Positions 29,950-39,316 of a stretch of 64,000 bases of DNA are shown piece by piece. The notes beneath the pieces were generated by a model. The model did not search any database. It was not told the DNA's origin and saw nothing but the letters and a program-made list of their open reading frames with translations. A program made the position numbers and the translations under genes. This DNA comes from Bacteroidota bacterium (GTDB lineage Bacteria; Bacteroidota; Bacteroidia; Bacteroidales; FEN-979), in assembly GCA_037128705.1 (NCBI GenBank), contig JBAXVX010000001.1:174383-238382 (forward strand), given 5' to 3'. The first letter of the stretch is position 1; each line of letters opens with the position of its first letter.

Positions 29950-31164
29950 TTAAATTTTATAATCAGCGTTTGTTACAATATTAAAAGTATCAATGGCAAT
30001 GACCAGTTCTTCGTTGGTTGGCATCACCATGGAAACAACCGGTGAACCTGGCCGGGTAAGAATGGCCTCTTTGCCTCTTGTCTTATTCCGTTCGGGATCA
30101 AACTGAACCCCGAGGAATTCCATGCCTTCCAGAATGCGACGCCGGGTTCCCAGGTCATTCTCTCCAATACCGCCTGCCATAACGATGAGGTCAACTCCGC
30201 CCATGGCGGCTGCATAGGCTCCGATATATTTTTTTACGCGGTAAGCGTACATGTCAAGGGCAAGCTGGGCGCGTTTATTCCCGTTTTCGGCTGCCTGTTC
30301 AACATCCCGCATGTCGAAAGAGATGCCGGATATTCCGCAAATGCCGCTTTTCTTGTTGAACATGGCATTGGTGTCGGCAATGCTAAGGTTTTCTTTTTCT
30401 GCCATAAATAACAGAACGCCAAGGTCTACATCGCCACTGCGGGTTCCCATCATCAATCCTTCAAGCGGGGTAAAGCCCATGGAGGTATCCATCGATTCAC
30501 CCTGCTTGATGGCAGCAACAGAGGATCCGTTCCCCAGGTGGCAGGTAATGATGTTGATTTTGTGGAAATCCTTACCGAGGAAGCGGCAGGCCTTCAGGGC
30601 AACATATTTATGTGATGTTCCGTGGAAACCATAACGGCGGATTTTATATTTTTCATAATATTCATACGGGATCGCATAGAGATATGAAAACTTGGGCATT
30701 GTCTGATGAAAAGAGGTATCAAACACTGCAACCTGAGGCACATTCGGAAGAATGGCTTCAATGGAAAGAATCCCTTTCAGGTTTGCCGGATTATGCAGCG
30801 GGGCCAATTCGATGCATTTTTCAATATCTTTTTTAACATGTTCGGTAATCAGCGCGCTGGTTTTGAAATTTTCTCCTCCGTGTGCCACGCGGTGCCCGAC
30901 TGCAACAATTTCATTTTCATCTTCAATCACACCGTAAACAGGATCCTTGAGAATTTTCAGAATGAGGTTTATTCCGATCTGGTGATCCGGAACCTCCTGC
31001 AGGAGCTTATATTTATCTTTTCCGGTTACCTGGTGGATGAGCTCGCTGGTGGGTAAACCGATCCGGTCGAGCAACCCTTTCGCCAGGAGATCAGCTTCAG
31101 CGGAAATGTCAATGAGTTGATACTTAATGGATGAACTGCCGCAATTTAATACAAGGATTTTCAT
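29950..31164 (-). CDS. ackA: acetate kinase
   Basis: ORF track 29950..31365; conserved N-terminus MKILVLNCGSSSIKYQL starts at ATG 31164. GFHGTSH motif present. Confidence 0.93.
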   Translation of the reverse strand: MKILVLNCGSSSIKYQLIDISAEADLLAKGLLDRIGLPTSELIHQVTGKDKYKLLQEVPDHQIGINLILKILKDPVYGVIEDENEIVAVGHRVAHGGENFKTSALITEHVKKDIEKCIELAPLHNPANLKGILSIEAILPNVPQVAVFDTSFHQTMPKFSYLYAIPYEYYEKYKIRRYGFHGTSHKYVALKACRFLGKDFHKINIITCHLGNGSSVAAIKQGESMDTSMGFTPLEGLMMGTRSGDVDLGVLLFMAEKENLSIADTNAMFNKKSGICGISGISFDMRDVEQAAENGNKRAQLALDMYAYRVKKYIGAYAAAMGGVDLIVMAGGIGENDLGTRRRILEGMEFLGVQFDPERNKTRGKEAILTRPGSPVVSMVMPTNEELVIAIDTFNIVTNADYKI

Positions 31165-31319
31165 TGAATCAGTAAAATAGTGAGTTTTTTTCAGTAGTTT
31201 TTTCTTCCTCCTGCAAACCAAGCATACCGGAGTAAATGTTAGGTTATGCAAACATACAACATTATTATCCTCTGGCAAAGGATAAATCAAAAATAAACGT
31301 AACAAATACTTTTTAATCG

Positions 31320-31327
31320 TATTTTTG
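31320..31327 (+). promoter_or_regulatory. candidate -7 box (TATTTTTG) for GH3-family gene
   Basis: TAnnTTTG match, 24 nt upstream of ATG 31352. Confidence 0.45.
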
Positions 31328-31351
31328 GTCACTCCAATCAAGCGTAGTACA

Positions 31352-32872
31352 ATGGCCTTAATCAATTCAGTTGTTTCGTGGCTGATGAAAAAACGAATTC
31401 ATCAAATTGAACTGTTCATGAAGTATCCTCATGAAGTTCAAACGGAATGGCTCAGAAAACTCGTTTCAACTGCCCGCAATACAGAATGGGGGAGGCAATA
31501 TGACTTCAAATCGATCATGACCCCCGATCAGTTCAAGGAACGGCTTCCGCTTTTCGACTATGATTCGATCAAGGGATCGATCGAGCGGTTGCGCCTGGGA
31601 GAGCAAAATATCCTGTGGCCTTCGGAAATAAAATGGTTTGCCAAATCGTCGGGTACAACCAGCGATAAAAGCAAATTTATTCCTGTTTCCCAGGAAGCAC
31701 TTGAGGAATGCCATTTTAAGGGAGGGAAGGACCTGCTCTCCATTTATTGCAACAACCATACAGAAACAAAACTATTTGACGGGAAGGCCATTGCCATGGG
31801 CGGATCCCATCAGATCACAGAGGTAAATAACGAATTGTACTACCAGGGTGACCTCTCTGCCATCCTCATTCAGAACCTGCCGGGCTGGGTTGAATTCATG
31901 CGAACGCCCAATCTCGCCATTGCACTGATGGACGAATGGGAGAGTAAAATTGAGATGATGGCCAAAGCAACAATCCAGCATGATGTGACCAACATTTCCG
32001 GAGTTCCCTCCTGGACCCTCCTGTTATTTAAACGTGTACTGAAAATAACAGGAAAATCAAACATTCTCGAGGTGTGGCCGAATCTTGAACTCTTTGTTCA
32101 TGGCGGGGTCAATTTTTTACCTTACCGGGAGCAGTTCAGGCAAATCCTGCCTTCAGAAAAAGTGAATTATCTCGAAACCTACAATGCCTCTGAAGGTTTT
32201 TTCGGGATTCAGGACAGGATCAAAGCGAATGATATGCTTCTGATGCTCGATTATGGCATCTATTATGAATTTATTCCCCTTGACGAGATAGGCCTGGAAC
32301 AACCCAGGGTATATAGTCTCGACCAGGTAGCACTGTTTACAAACTATGCCATGGTGATCACCACAAATGCGGGATTATGGCGGTATCAGATCGGGGATAC
32401 GGTTCAGTTTACCTCCCTCGATCCCTACCGTATTAAAATCTCAGGCAGGACACGGAATTTTATCAATGCATTTGGTGAGGAATTAATCATTGACAATGCC
32501 GAGAAGGCCATGGCCGTTGCCTGTAATCGCAGCAACGCCATTGTGACCGAGTATACGGCAGCACCGATATATCTTTCGGGCGACCATAAAGGCGCCCATG
32601 AATGGCTTATTGAATTTGAAAAGAAACCCGAAGATCTTGCTTTTTTCACAAGTTCTCTGGATACCGCGCTTAAATCGCTTAATTCCGATTATGAGGCCAA
32701 ACGATACAACGGATTATTGCTGGCCGAACCGCTCATCAGGATTGTTCCTACGAACACTTTTTATAACTGGCTTAAAAAGAAAGGCAAACTTGGAGGACAG
32801 CATAAGGTCCCGCGGCTTTCGAACGACCGGAAATATGTGGATGAAATACTGCAATTATTGCAGAAGGATTGA
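31352..32872 (+). CDS. GH3 (auxin-responsive promoter) family adenylate-forming enzyme homologue
   Basis: ORF track start 31325 lies inside a TATTTTTG -7 box (31320-31327); ATG 31352 preferred. KSSGTTSDKSKFIPV adenylation-type motif and about 500 aa length as in bacterial GH3 proteins. Confidence 0.75.
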   Translation: MALINSVVSWLMKKRIHQIELFMKYPHEVQTEWLRKLVSTARNTEWGRQYDFKSIMTPDQFKERLPLFDYDSIKGSIERLRLGEQNILWPSEIKWFAKSSGTTSDKSKFIPVSQEALEECHFKGGKDLLSIYCNNHTETKLFDGKAIAMGGSHQITEVNNELYYQGDLSAILIQNLPGWVEFMRTPNLAIALMDEWESKIEMMAKATIQHDVTNISGVPSWTLLLFKRVLKITGKSNILEVWPNLELFVHGGVNFLPYREQFRQILPSEKVNYLETYNASEGFFGIQDRIKANDMLLMLDYGIYYEFIPLDEIGLEQPRVYSLDQVALFTNYAMVITTNAGLWRYQIGDTVQFTSLDPYRIKISGRTRNFINAFGEELIIDNAEKAMAVACNRSNAIVTEYTAAPIYLSGDHKGAHEWLIEFEKKPEDLAFFTSSLDTALKSLNSDYEAKRYNGLLLAEPLIRIVPTNTFYNWLKKKGKLGGQHKVPRLSNDRKYVDEILQLLQKD

Positions 32873-32882
32873 ATCCTTTTTA

Positions 32883-32890
32883 TAATTTTG
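32883..32890 (+). promoter_or_regulatory. candidate -7 box (TAATTTTG) for deoxynucleoside kinase gene
   Basis: TAnnTTTG match, 17 nt upstream of ATG 32908. Confidence 0.4.
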
Positions 32891-32907
32891 ATCTCAAATT
32901 AAAACCT

Positions 32908-33522
32908 ATGCATATTGCTATCGCCGGAAATATCGGATCCGGGAAAACGACACTGACAGGATTATTGGCCAAGCACTTCGGTTGGGATCCTCATTATGAG
33001 GATGTAGATACCAATCCATATCTGGGCAGTTTTTACGAGGACATGCAGCGCTGGTCATTTAACCTGCAGATCTACTTCCTCAACAGCCGCTTCAGACAGG
33101 TGGTTGATATCCGTAATTCGGGGAAGACCGTGGTTCAGGATCGGACGATTTATGAAGATGCCTATATTTTCGCCCCCAACCTGCATTCAATGAACCTGAT
33201 GAGTACGCGGGACTTTGAAAACTACCGTTCGCTTTTTGACCTCATGAGCACCTTCATTCAGCCTCCTGACCTGCTTATTTATCTCCGGGCCAGTGTTCCT
33301 ACCCTGGTGAACCAGATTCAGAAGCGGGGAAGGGACTATGAAAACGCCATACGGCTCGACTACCTCAAGAACCTGAATGAGATTTATGAAGACTGGATTG
33401 AAAATTACAAACTGGGCAAACTCCTGATCATTGATGCTGACACGCTGAAGGTAAGTGAAAACCCTGAAGACCTTGGCGTGGTGATTGAAAAAATCAATGC
33501 CCAGTTGCATGGACTTTTTTAA
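32908..33522 (+). CDS. deoxynucleoside kinase
   Basis: P-loop MHIAIAGNIGSGKTTL at ATG 32908 (ORF-track TTG 32869 overlaps the GH3 stop); DR(T/S)IYED and RGRDYE motifs. TAATTTTG box at 32883-32890. Confidence 0.85.
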   Translation: MHIAIAGNIGSGKTTLTGLLAKHFGWDPHYEDVDTNPYLGSFYEDMQRWSFNLQIYFLNSRFRQVVDIRNSGKTVVQDRTIYEDAYIFAPNLHSMNLMSTRDFENYRSLFDLMSTFIQPPDLLIYLRASVPTLVNQIQKRGRDYENAIRLDYLKNLNEIYEDWIENYKLGKLLIIDADTLKVSENPEDLGVVIEKINAQLHGLF

Positions 33523-33600
33523 TGAATTTTTCATTTACTGGTTTCAATTGTGAGCCAGAAGCCTGTCATCCATCAAAGTCCTTCTAATAGTGATTGAAAG

Positions 33601-34347
33601 ATGAAAATTTTAGGCATCATTCCTGCCCGTTATGCCTCTACGCGATTTCCGGGAAAACCGCTTGTAGTAATCGATGGAAAGACCATGATCCGCCGTGTTT
33701 ACGAACAGGCCCTCCTGTGTGAAGAGCTTGCCAGCGTGATCGTTGCAACGGATGATAAAGCCATATTCAACCATGTCGGGCTGTTTAACGGACGAGTCTG
33801 CATGACAAGTGAAGATCACCGCAGCGGAACCGAACGTTGTAATGAAGTTGTGGAAATACTCAGGAAAAGCGGGGAGACTTACGATTATATCATCAACATC
33901 CAGGGCGATGAACCCTTCATCAACCCTGAACAGATCAAACAGGTGGCCGGATGTTTTGATGGCGGACAGGCAAGGCTGGCAACCCTGATAAAAAAAATTA
34001 CAAACCCGGAAGATCTGTCCAATCCAAATGTTGTTAAGGTAACCATCGACCGCAGAGGATCAGCGCTGCTTTTCAGCCGTTCGCCCATTCCCTATACCCG
34101 CGGGGCGGATCAGAACAACTGGCTTTCGGCAACTACCTACTACAAACACATCGGCATTTACGGGTATGAGTCCTCGGTTTTAGCAGACATTGTCTCTCTT
34201 CCGGAAACGCCCCTTGAAAAGGCTGAATCGCTTGAGCAACTCCGCTGGCTTGAACATGGCCTGCATATCAAAACACAAGTTACAGAATATGAAAGTGTTT
34301 CAATTGATGCCCCGGCTGATTTATTAAAAATTACTAACAGAAGCTGA
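33601..34347 (+). CDS. kdsB: 3-deoxy-manno-octulosonate cytidylyltransferase
   Basis: 248 aa. MKILGIIPARYASTRFPGKPL and NIQGDEP motifs. Confidence 0.93.
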   Translation: MKILGIIPARYASTRFPGKPLVVIDGKTMIRRVYEQALLCEELASVIVATDDKAIFNHVGLFNGRVCMTSEDHRSGTERCNEVVEILRKSGETYDYIINIQGDEPFINPEQIKQVAGCFDGGQARLATLIKKITNPEDLSNPNVVKVTIDRRGSALLFSRSPIPYTRGADQNNWLSATTYYKHIGIYGYESSVLADIVSLPETPLEKAESLEQLRWLEHGLHIKTQVTEYESVSIDAPADLLKITNRS

Positions 34348-34397
34348 AAGGTTCATCATTAAACCTGTATCTTAGCGTTTTGTTAACAGAAAGGTAT

Positions 34398-35519
34398 ATG
34401 GACATCCGAAATTGTATTGCAGAATTGTTGTCGTTGCACGACTGTGTGATCATTCCGGGTTTCGGAGGCTTTATTGGCAATTATTCGCCGGCTCACATTG
34501 ATCCGGTGCATCATTCTTTCCAGCCGCCGTCGAAAAAACTTCTTTTCAATATCAACCTTAAGCAGAATGATGGTCTTCTGGCCAATACGGTCTCAGCTTC
34601 CTTCGGGACTTCGTATCTGGATGCCTGTCAACTGATCGACGATTTTGCTGAGGAATGCCGGCTGGCATTAAAATCAGGCAAGTCATTTGTCATCCCCGAC
34701 GTGGGGCGTCTTTACTCAGGGAGGGAAGGGAACGTTCAGTTTGAACAGGATAAGAAAACCAATCTGCTGCCGGAGGCATTCGGTCTGACCCCGTTCATCT
34801 CTCCGCCCATTAGCAGGAACACCTCCATGATGAGCCGTGACCGCAACCTTGTTTCGGCCGGAGCCGCTCCCTCGGGGAAAAAAGTATCCTTTCCGCGTTC
34901 ACTAAAATGGGCTGCCATACTGGCATTGCCAATCGGGGTGGCCGCGCTGATCGGGGTGACCCAATACGATAAAAGCCAGAATGGACCGGACAGCAATGCA
35001 GGTATCCTGAGTTCGGTGTTCTCTCGGTTTTCCTCTACTTCACTGGTGGAGAAAAGGGAGGCACCTCAAACTGCCCCGGATTCACAGGTTCAGTTTGATG
35101 GAGCCCCGTCAGCTTTTGAACAGCAGGGATCAAACCAAGAGATGGCGGACCTTAACAGGGAACCCGCAGTTAACCGTGCTGCAGAAAAAGTGCTGTCAGA
35201 GCCGGTCTATGCTGAAAACAACCAGAATTTAACTACCGGGAATGAAACTTCGCCTGAATCTTCATCGGAGAATATCGTCTCCGCGGGAACAGAAGAGGCT
35301 TTTGTGATAATTGTCGGCGCCTTCAGGTTAAAGGATAATGCTGAAAGATACGTTGCAGAACTGAAGGAAAGCGGAACCCAGGCCTCTCTTTATGACCGGT
35401 CAAAGACCGGCTTGTACAGGGTCACGATTGGTACATTTTCGCAACGTGAGGAGGCCATGCAATTACTCAATTCTGCAAAAACCGGTGATTTCAGCGGGGC
35501 CTGGTTGTTAAAAAAATAG
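34398..35519 (+). CDS. HU-CCDC81-like N-domain / SPOR C-domain protein
   Basis: ATG 34398 (MDIRNCIAELL..VIIPGFGGFIGNY..) resembles bacterial HU-CCDC81 domains. TM helix mid-protein, low-complexity linker, C-terminal SPOR-like ..FVIIVGAFRLKDNAERYVAELKESG..YRVTIGTFSQREEA. Confidence 0.65.
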   Translation: MDIRNCIAELLSLHDCVIIPGFGGFIGNYSPAHIDPVHHSFQPPSKKLLFNINLKQNDGLLANTVSASFGTSYLDACQLIDDFAEECRLALKSGKSFVIPDVGRLYSGREGNVQFEQDKKTNLLPEAFGLTPFISPPISRNTSMMSRDRNLVSAGAAPSGKKVSFPRSLKWAAILALPIGVAALIGVTQYDKSQNGPDSNAGILSSVFSRFSSTSLVEKREAPQTAPDSQVQFDGAPSAFEQQGSNQEMADLNREPAVNRAAEKVLSEPVYAENNQNLTTGNETSPESSSENIVSAGTEEAFVIIVGAFRLKDNAERYVAELKESGTQASLYDRSKTGLYRVTIGTFSQREEAMQLLNSAKTGDFSGAWLLKK

Positions 35520-35526
35520 TTGATTT

Positions 35527-36192
35527 GTGGCGAAAAAGAAATTAATTCACTTCCAGGAAAATCTTTCCTTTCCATATCTGTTTCAGCCTACTTACAACGA
35601 TCTTTATCCACGATACGCGCTACGGTCAAACTGGCATGGTCGCTTTTTCGGAAATGACAGTCCCATTATTCTTGAACTGGGTTGTGGAAAAGGGGAGTAT
35701 ACGGTGGGGCTGGCGGCAAAATTCCCGGAAAGGAATTTCATGGGGATTGACTGGAAGGGGGCGAGACTCTGGCGCGGGTGCAAAACAGTTGCGGAACAGA
35801 AGCTGAACAATGTGGGTTTTATCCGCACCCAGGTCGATCACATTGAACAGGTTTTCGCACCCGGTGAAATAGCTGAAATCTGGATCACCTTTCCTGATCC
35901 GCAGGTCAGAAAAGAGCGTCGCCGGCTTACCTCGCCTTTTTTCCTGGATAAATATAAAACTATTCTGGCTCCGGGGGGGATCATTCATCTGAAAACCGAT
36001 GATCCTTCCTTTTTTTCATACACGCTGGATGTAATCCGTGAGTTTAACCACTCCCTGCTTTGGGCCACCGATGACCTCTATCACAGCGGAAGCAGTGATG
36101 TTGTCACCACCATACGGACCTATTATGAAAACCGTTGGCTGGAGATGGGGAAAAAGATTTGCTATTTAAAATTCCAACTCAATTTACAATGA
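35527..36192 (+). CDS. trmB: tRNA (guanine-N7)-methyltransferase
   Basis: 221 aa, GTG start. SAM motif ILELGCGKGEY, FPDPQ motif. Confidence 0.9.
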   Translation: MAKKKLIHFQENLSFPYLFQPTYNDLYPRYALRSNWHGRFFGNDSPIILELGCGKGEYTVGLAAKFPERNFMGIDWKGARLWRGCKTVAEQKLNNVGFIRTQVDHIEQVFAPGEIAEIWITFPDPQVRKERRRLTSPFFLDKYKTILAPGGIIHLKTDDPSFFSYTLDVIREFNHSLLWATDDLYHSGSSDVVTTIRTYYENRWLEMGKKICYLKFQLNLQ

Positions 36193-38354
36193 AGAAGATC
36201 AGTCTGTTGACCCTGATATTTATCCTTTTTCGCATGTTCGCTGCTGCAGAGGAGGGAATGTGGATCCCCATGCTGCTCGAGCAGTTGAATATCAAACGAA
36301 TGCAGGATCTCGGGCTGAAACTCTCGGCAGAGGATATTTACAGCATAAACAAATCCAGTCTGAAGGATGCGATCGTGCAATTTGGCGGTGGGTGTACGGC
36401 CGAGATCGTTTCTCCCCAGGGACTTATTTTGACAAATCACCACTGCGGACTTGGGGCCATCCAGAAACAAAGTTCGATGGAACATGATTACCTGGCCAAC
36501 GGTTTTTGGGCAAACTCATTTGAAGAAGAGATCCCCTGTCCGGGGCTGTCGGTGACCCTGCTGGTCAGAATGGAGGAGGTAACTGCTGCAGTGCTTGAAG
36601 GCGTGGAACCGGGCATGAATCAGCTTCAACGATCGCAGATCATCAAACAAAACATTGATAAACTCGAGAAAGCTGCAACCAGGGACACACCATTCGAGGC
36701 ACGGATCAGGCCTTTTTACTATGGCAACCAGTATTTTATGCTGGTAAACCAGGTGTTCAAGGATATCAGGCTCGTAGGGGCCCCGCCGTCGAACATTGGG
36801 AAATTCGGGGGCGATACCGATAACTGGATGTGGCCCAGGCACACGGGTGATTTTTCGATATTCCGGATCTATGCCGGCAAAAACAATGAGTCTGCTGATT
36901 ACAACGCCGAAAATGTACCCTATAAACCGAAAAACCATCTCCCGATATCACTGAAAGGGTACCGGAAAAACGACTTTACCTTCCTGTTGGGATATCCTGC
37001 CGGAACGAAGGAGTACCTGACTTCCGACGGTGTTGATTTAATCGCCAATCATGAAAATCCACTGAGGATCCGGTTACGGAAGCAGCGCCTTGACTGGATG
37101 AATTCTGCCATGAATGAAAGCCGCCCTGTTCGCATTCAGTACACCTCAAAAGCCAATGGAATAGCCAATGGATGGAAGAAAATGATCGGAGAATCTATTG
37201 GGATCAAGCGGGTGGACGGTGTAAAAAACAAGGAACTGGCGGAGCAGAAGTTTCAGACATGGGCCGATTCGATACCTGGGCGGAAAGCCCGTTACGGCGG
37301 GTTACTTCCTGCCTTCAGATCTGCCTATCAGGATTACCTTCCGGTTGATATGTCAGCCCTTTTCATCAATGAGGCCGGGCAGGGCATTGAGCTGGTGCGG
37401 TATGTGGCCGGGTTCAGGCAGCTTGTTAAACTGAGCAAGGACAAACAGACAACGCCCGATGTTCTCGATAAAGCAATTGCAGGATTAAAAAGTGCAACCC
37501 GGGATTTCTATAAAAATTATCAGCCCTCCATCGACCAAAAGGTGATGTCGGCCATGCTACGGGAGATGGGAACCAATATGGATATAAAATTTACGCCCGC
37601 CATTTGCGCTGAGATCAAAACCTCTCATAAAAACGACTTTGTTGCCTATACTACCGGACTTTTTGATGCATCAATGTTTACCGATTCGTCGCGGATTCTT
37701 GCCTTCCTTGATTCTTATAAGGTTTCCAGGTTCAAAAAGCTGGAGAAGGATCCGGCTTTCCGGCTGATGAACAGCATATATGAACGGAATGAAAAGGATA
37801 TCCAGCCGCTGGCAGCGTTATACATTGGCCGGCTTGATAGTTTATACCGGATCTATATGGCCGGGTTGATGGAAATGTACCGGGAGAAGAAGTTTTACGC
37901 AGATGCAAATTCCACCCTGCGGTTGGCCTACGGGAAAATTGATGATTATCAGCCGGCAGATGCGGTTGGTTATAACTATTTCACTACGCTAGCTGGGGTG
38001 ATGCAAAAGGAGGATTCGACTATTTTTGATTACCGGGTTGATCCCAGGTTGAAAAAGTTATTCATCAACAGCGATTATAGCCGTTACGGGGATAAAGACG
38101 GAACCATGCACGTTGCCTTTATTGCCAGTAACCACACCACCGGGGGGAATTCAGGAAGCCCCGTACTCAACGCAAATGGCGAACTGATTGGCATCAACTT
38201 CGACCGTGACTGGGAGGGAACCCTCAGTGATATGGTCTATGATCCGGCACAATGCCGCAACATATCCCTCGATATCCGCTATTGTCTTTTCGTGATCGAC
38301 AAGGTAGCCGGTGCTGAAAGGCTGATCAAGGAGATGACACTTATTTATCCGTAA
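36189..38354 (+). CDS. S46 family dipeptidyl-peptidase (DPP7/DPP11-like)
   Basis: ATG 36189 overlaps the trmB stop (ATGA). Signal peptide then EEGMWIPMLL hallmark, TNHHCG His site, catalytic TGGNSGSPV. Confidence 0.88.
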   Translation: MKKISLLTLIFILFRMFAAAEEGMWIPMLLEQLNIKRMQDLGLKLSAEDIYSINKSSLKDAIVQFGGGCTAEIVSPQGLILTNHHCGLGAIQKQSSMEHDYLANGFWANSFEEEIPCPGLSVTLLVRMEEVTAAVLEGVEPGMNQLQRSQIIKQNIDKLEKAATRDTPFEARIRPFYYGNQYFMLVNQVFKDIRLVGAPPSNIGKFGGDTDNWMWPRHTGDFSIFRIYAGKNNESADYNAENVPYKPKNHLPISLKGYRKNDFTFLLGYPAGTKEYLTSDGVDLIANHENPLRIRLRKQRLDWMNSAMNESRPVRIQYTSKANGIANGWKKMIGESIGIKRVDGVKNKELAEQKFQTWADSIPGRKARYGGLLPAFRSAYQDYLPVDMSALFINEAGQGIELVRYVAGFRQLVKLSKDKQTTPDVLDKAIAGLKSATRDFYKNYQPSIDQKVMSAMLREMGTNMDIKFTPAICAEIKTSHKNDFVAYTTGLFDASMFTDSSRILAFLDSYKVSRFKKLEKDPAFRLMNSIYERNEKDIQPLAALYIGRLDSLYRIYMAGLMEMYREKKFYADANSTLRLAYGKIDDYQPADAVGYNYFTTLAGVMQKEDSTIFDYRVDPRLKKLFINSDYSRYGDKDGTMHVAFIASNHTTGGNSGSPVLNANGELIGINFDRDWEGTLSDMVYDPAQCRNISLDIRYCLFVIDKVAGAERLIKEMTLIYP

Positions 38355-39202
38355 ATCTGCATCAGGGCATTTTGAATGGTGGGGTATTTAAACCGGAAAC
38401 CCGCATTCAGCAATTTATCCGGCAGAACCCTCTGGCCGTCGAGCAAAACCTGAGCGCCTTCACCATAAATCATTTTCAAAGCAAAGGCCGGAACGGTAAA
38501 CCACACCGGTTGACCCAGCACTTTTCCCAGTTTATCAGAAAATTCATAATTGCTGGAAACGAAGGGAGAAACTGCATTCATAATTCCGCTGACGGCCTGA
38601 TTCTCCATGGAAAAAAACAGAGCTTCTGTCAGGTCATCCACGTGGATGAACGATACCGGCTGGTCCCCGTTTCCTAATTTCCCTCCCAGCCCGATGCTAA
38701 AGGGTTTATACATTTTGGCCAGCGCTCCCCCCGAAGAACCCAGTACCACCCCGAGCCGGAAAATGATTATACGGGTTGAAGTTTCTGCTTTCAGAGCTTC
38801 CTGTTCCCATAACTTGCAAACATGTGCTAGGAACGAATCTGAATAGCCTGTGCTGGCTTCGTTATGGGTATGAACGCTATCATAAATCCCGATGGCGGAT
38901 GCAGAGAGAAAAACGGCAGGCTTTTGCCGGGCCAGATTGATCGCAGAAACAATTTTTCGTGTCGTGTTCACCCGGCTGTCGATGAGCTCCTGCTTGTAAG
39001 CCGGCGTCCATTTCATTGAGACAGAGGCCCCGGCAAGATTTATTACCGCGTCGGTTCCCTCAATTATTTCTTTCAGAAACACATCGTCGGGCATTGAAAG
39101 GGAATCACGGTTTATTATCCTGACATTCCATCCCTTTTCCCGGATTTTCTTTATAAGGGCCTGGCCGATAAAACCGGAAGCCCCGCTGAGTGCAAGGATC
39201 AT
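38345..39202 (-). CDS. TIGR01777/YfcH-type NAD-dependent epimerase family protein (SDR, DUF1731)
   Basis: 285 aa. Rossmann motif LSGASGFIGQAL, C-terminal ..LNAGFRFKYP.. as in the YfcH family. Overlaps the S46 gene end by 10 nt (convergent). Confidence 0.75.
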   Translation of the reverse strand: MILALSGASGFIGQALIKKIREKGWNVRIINRDSLSMPDDVFLKEIIEGTDAVINLAGASVSMKWTPAYKQELIDSRVNTTRKIVSAINLARQKPAVFLSASAIGIYDSVHTHNEASTGYSDSFLAHVCKLWEQEALKAETSTRIIIFRLGVVLGSSGGALAKMYKPFSIGLGGKLGNGDQPVSFIHVDDLTEALFFSMENQAVSGIMNAVSPFVSSNYEFSDKLGKVLGQPVWFTVPAFALKMIYGEGAQVLLDGQRVLPDKLLNAGFRFKYPTIQNALMQIYG

Positions 39203-39234
39203 ACTATTTTTTTTCGTAAAGTTATGGATTTCTT

Positions 39235-39242
39235 TAAATTTG
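39235..39242 (+). promoter_or_regulatory. candidate -7 box (TAAATTTG) for mutA string
   Basis: TAnnTTTG match, 74 nt upstream of ATG 39317 (23 nt upstream of the ORF-track TTG 39266). Confidence 0.3.
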
Positions 39243-39316
39243 CTTTACTTTTATAGTCCGAAAAATTGTCATATCTTGAACCTTACTCATTAACCGCTAT
39301 AATTAGAATACCAGTC

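Noticed and set aside
31165-31365. 67-codon N-terminal extension of ackA in the ORF track. Similar extensions occur for purE to 49584, the NarL-type regulator to 61575, the S46 peptidase from 36135 and mutA from 39266.
   Set aside because: The conserved family N-termini or signal peptides begin at internal ATGs, and the extensions overlap neighbouring genes or promoter boxes.
35520-35527. TTGATTTG near-match to the -7 box overlapping the trmB GTG start (a similar near-match lies at 6390-6397 before porP).
   Set aside because: There is one mismatch at the invariant A. At trmB the box would overlap the only plausible start codon. I therefore counted only exact TAnnTTTG matches as promoter candidates.
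39203-39316. Cobalamin riboswitch upstream of the B12-dependent mutase genes.
   Set aside because: The spacer is only 114 nt and AT-rich, with no B12-box-like GC-rich core. That is too short for the riboswitch.
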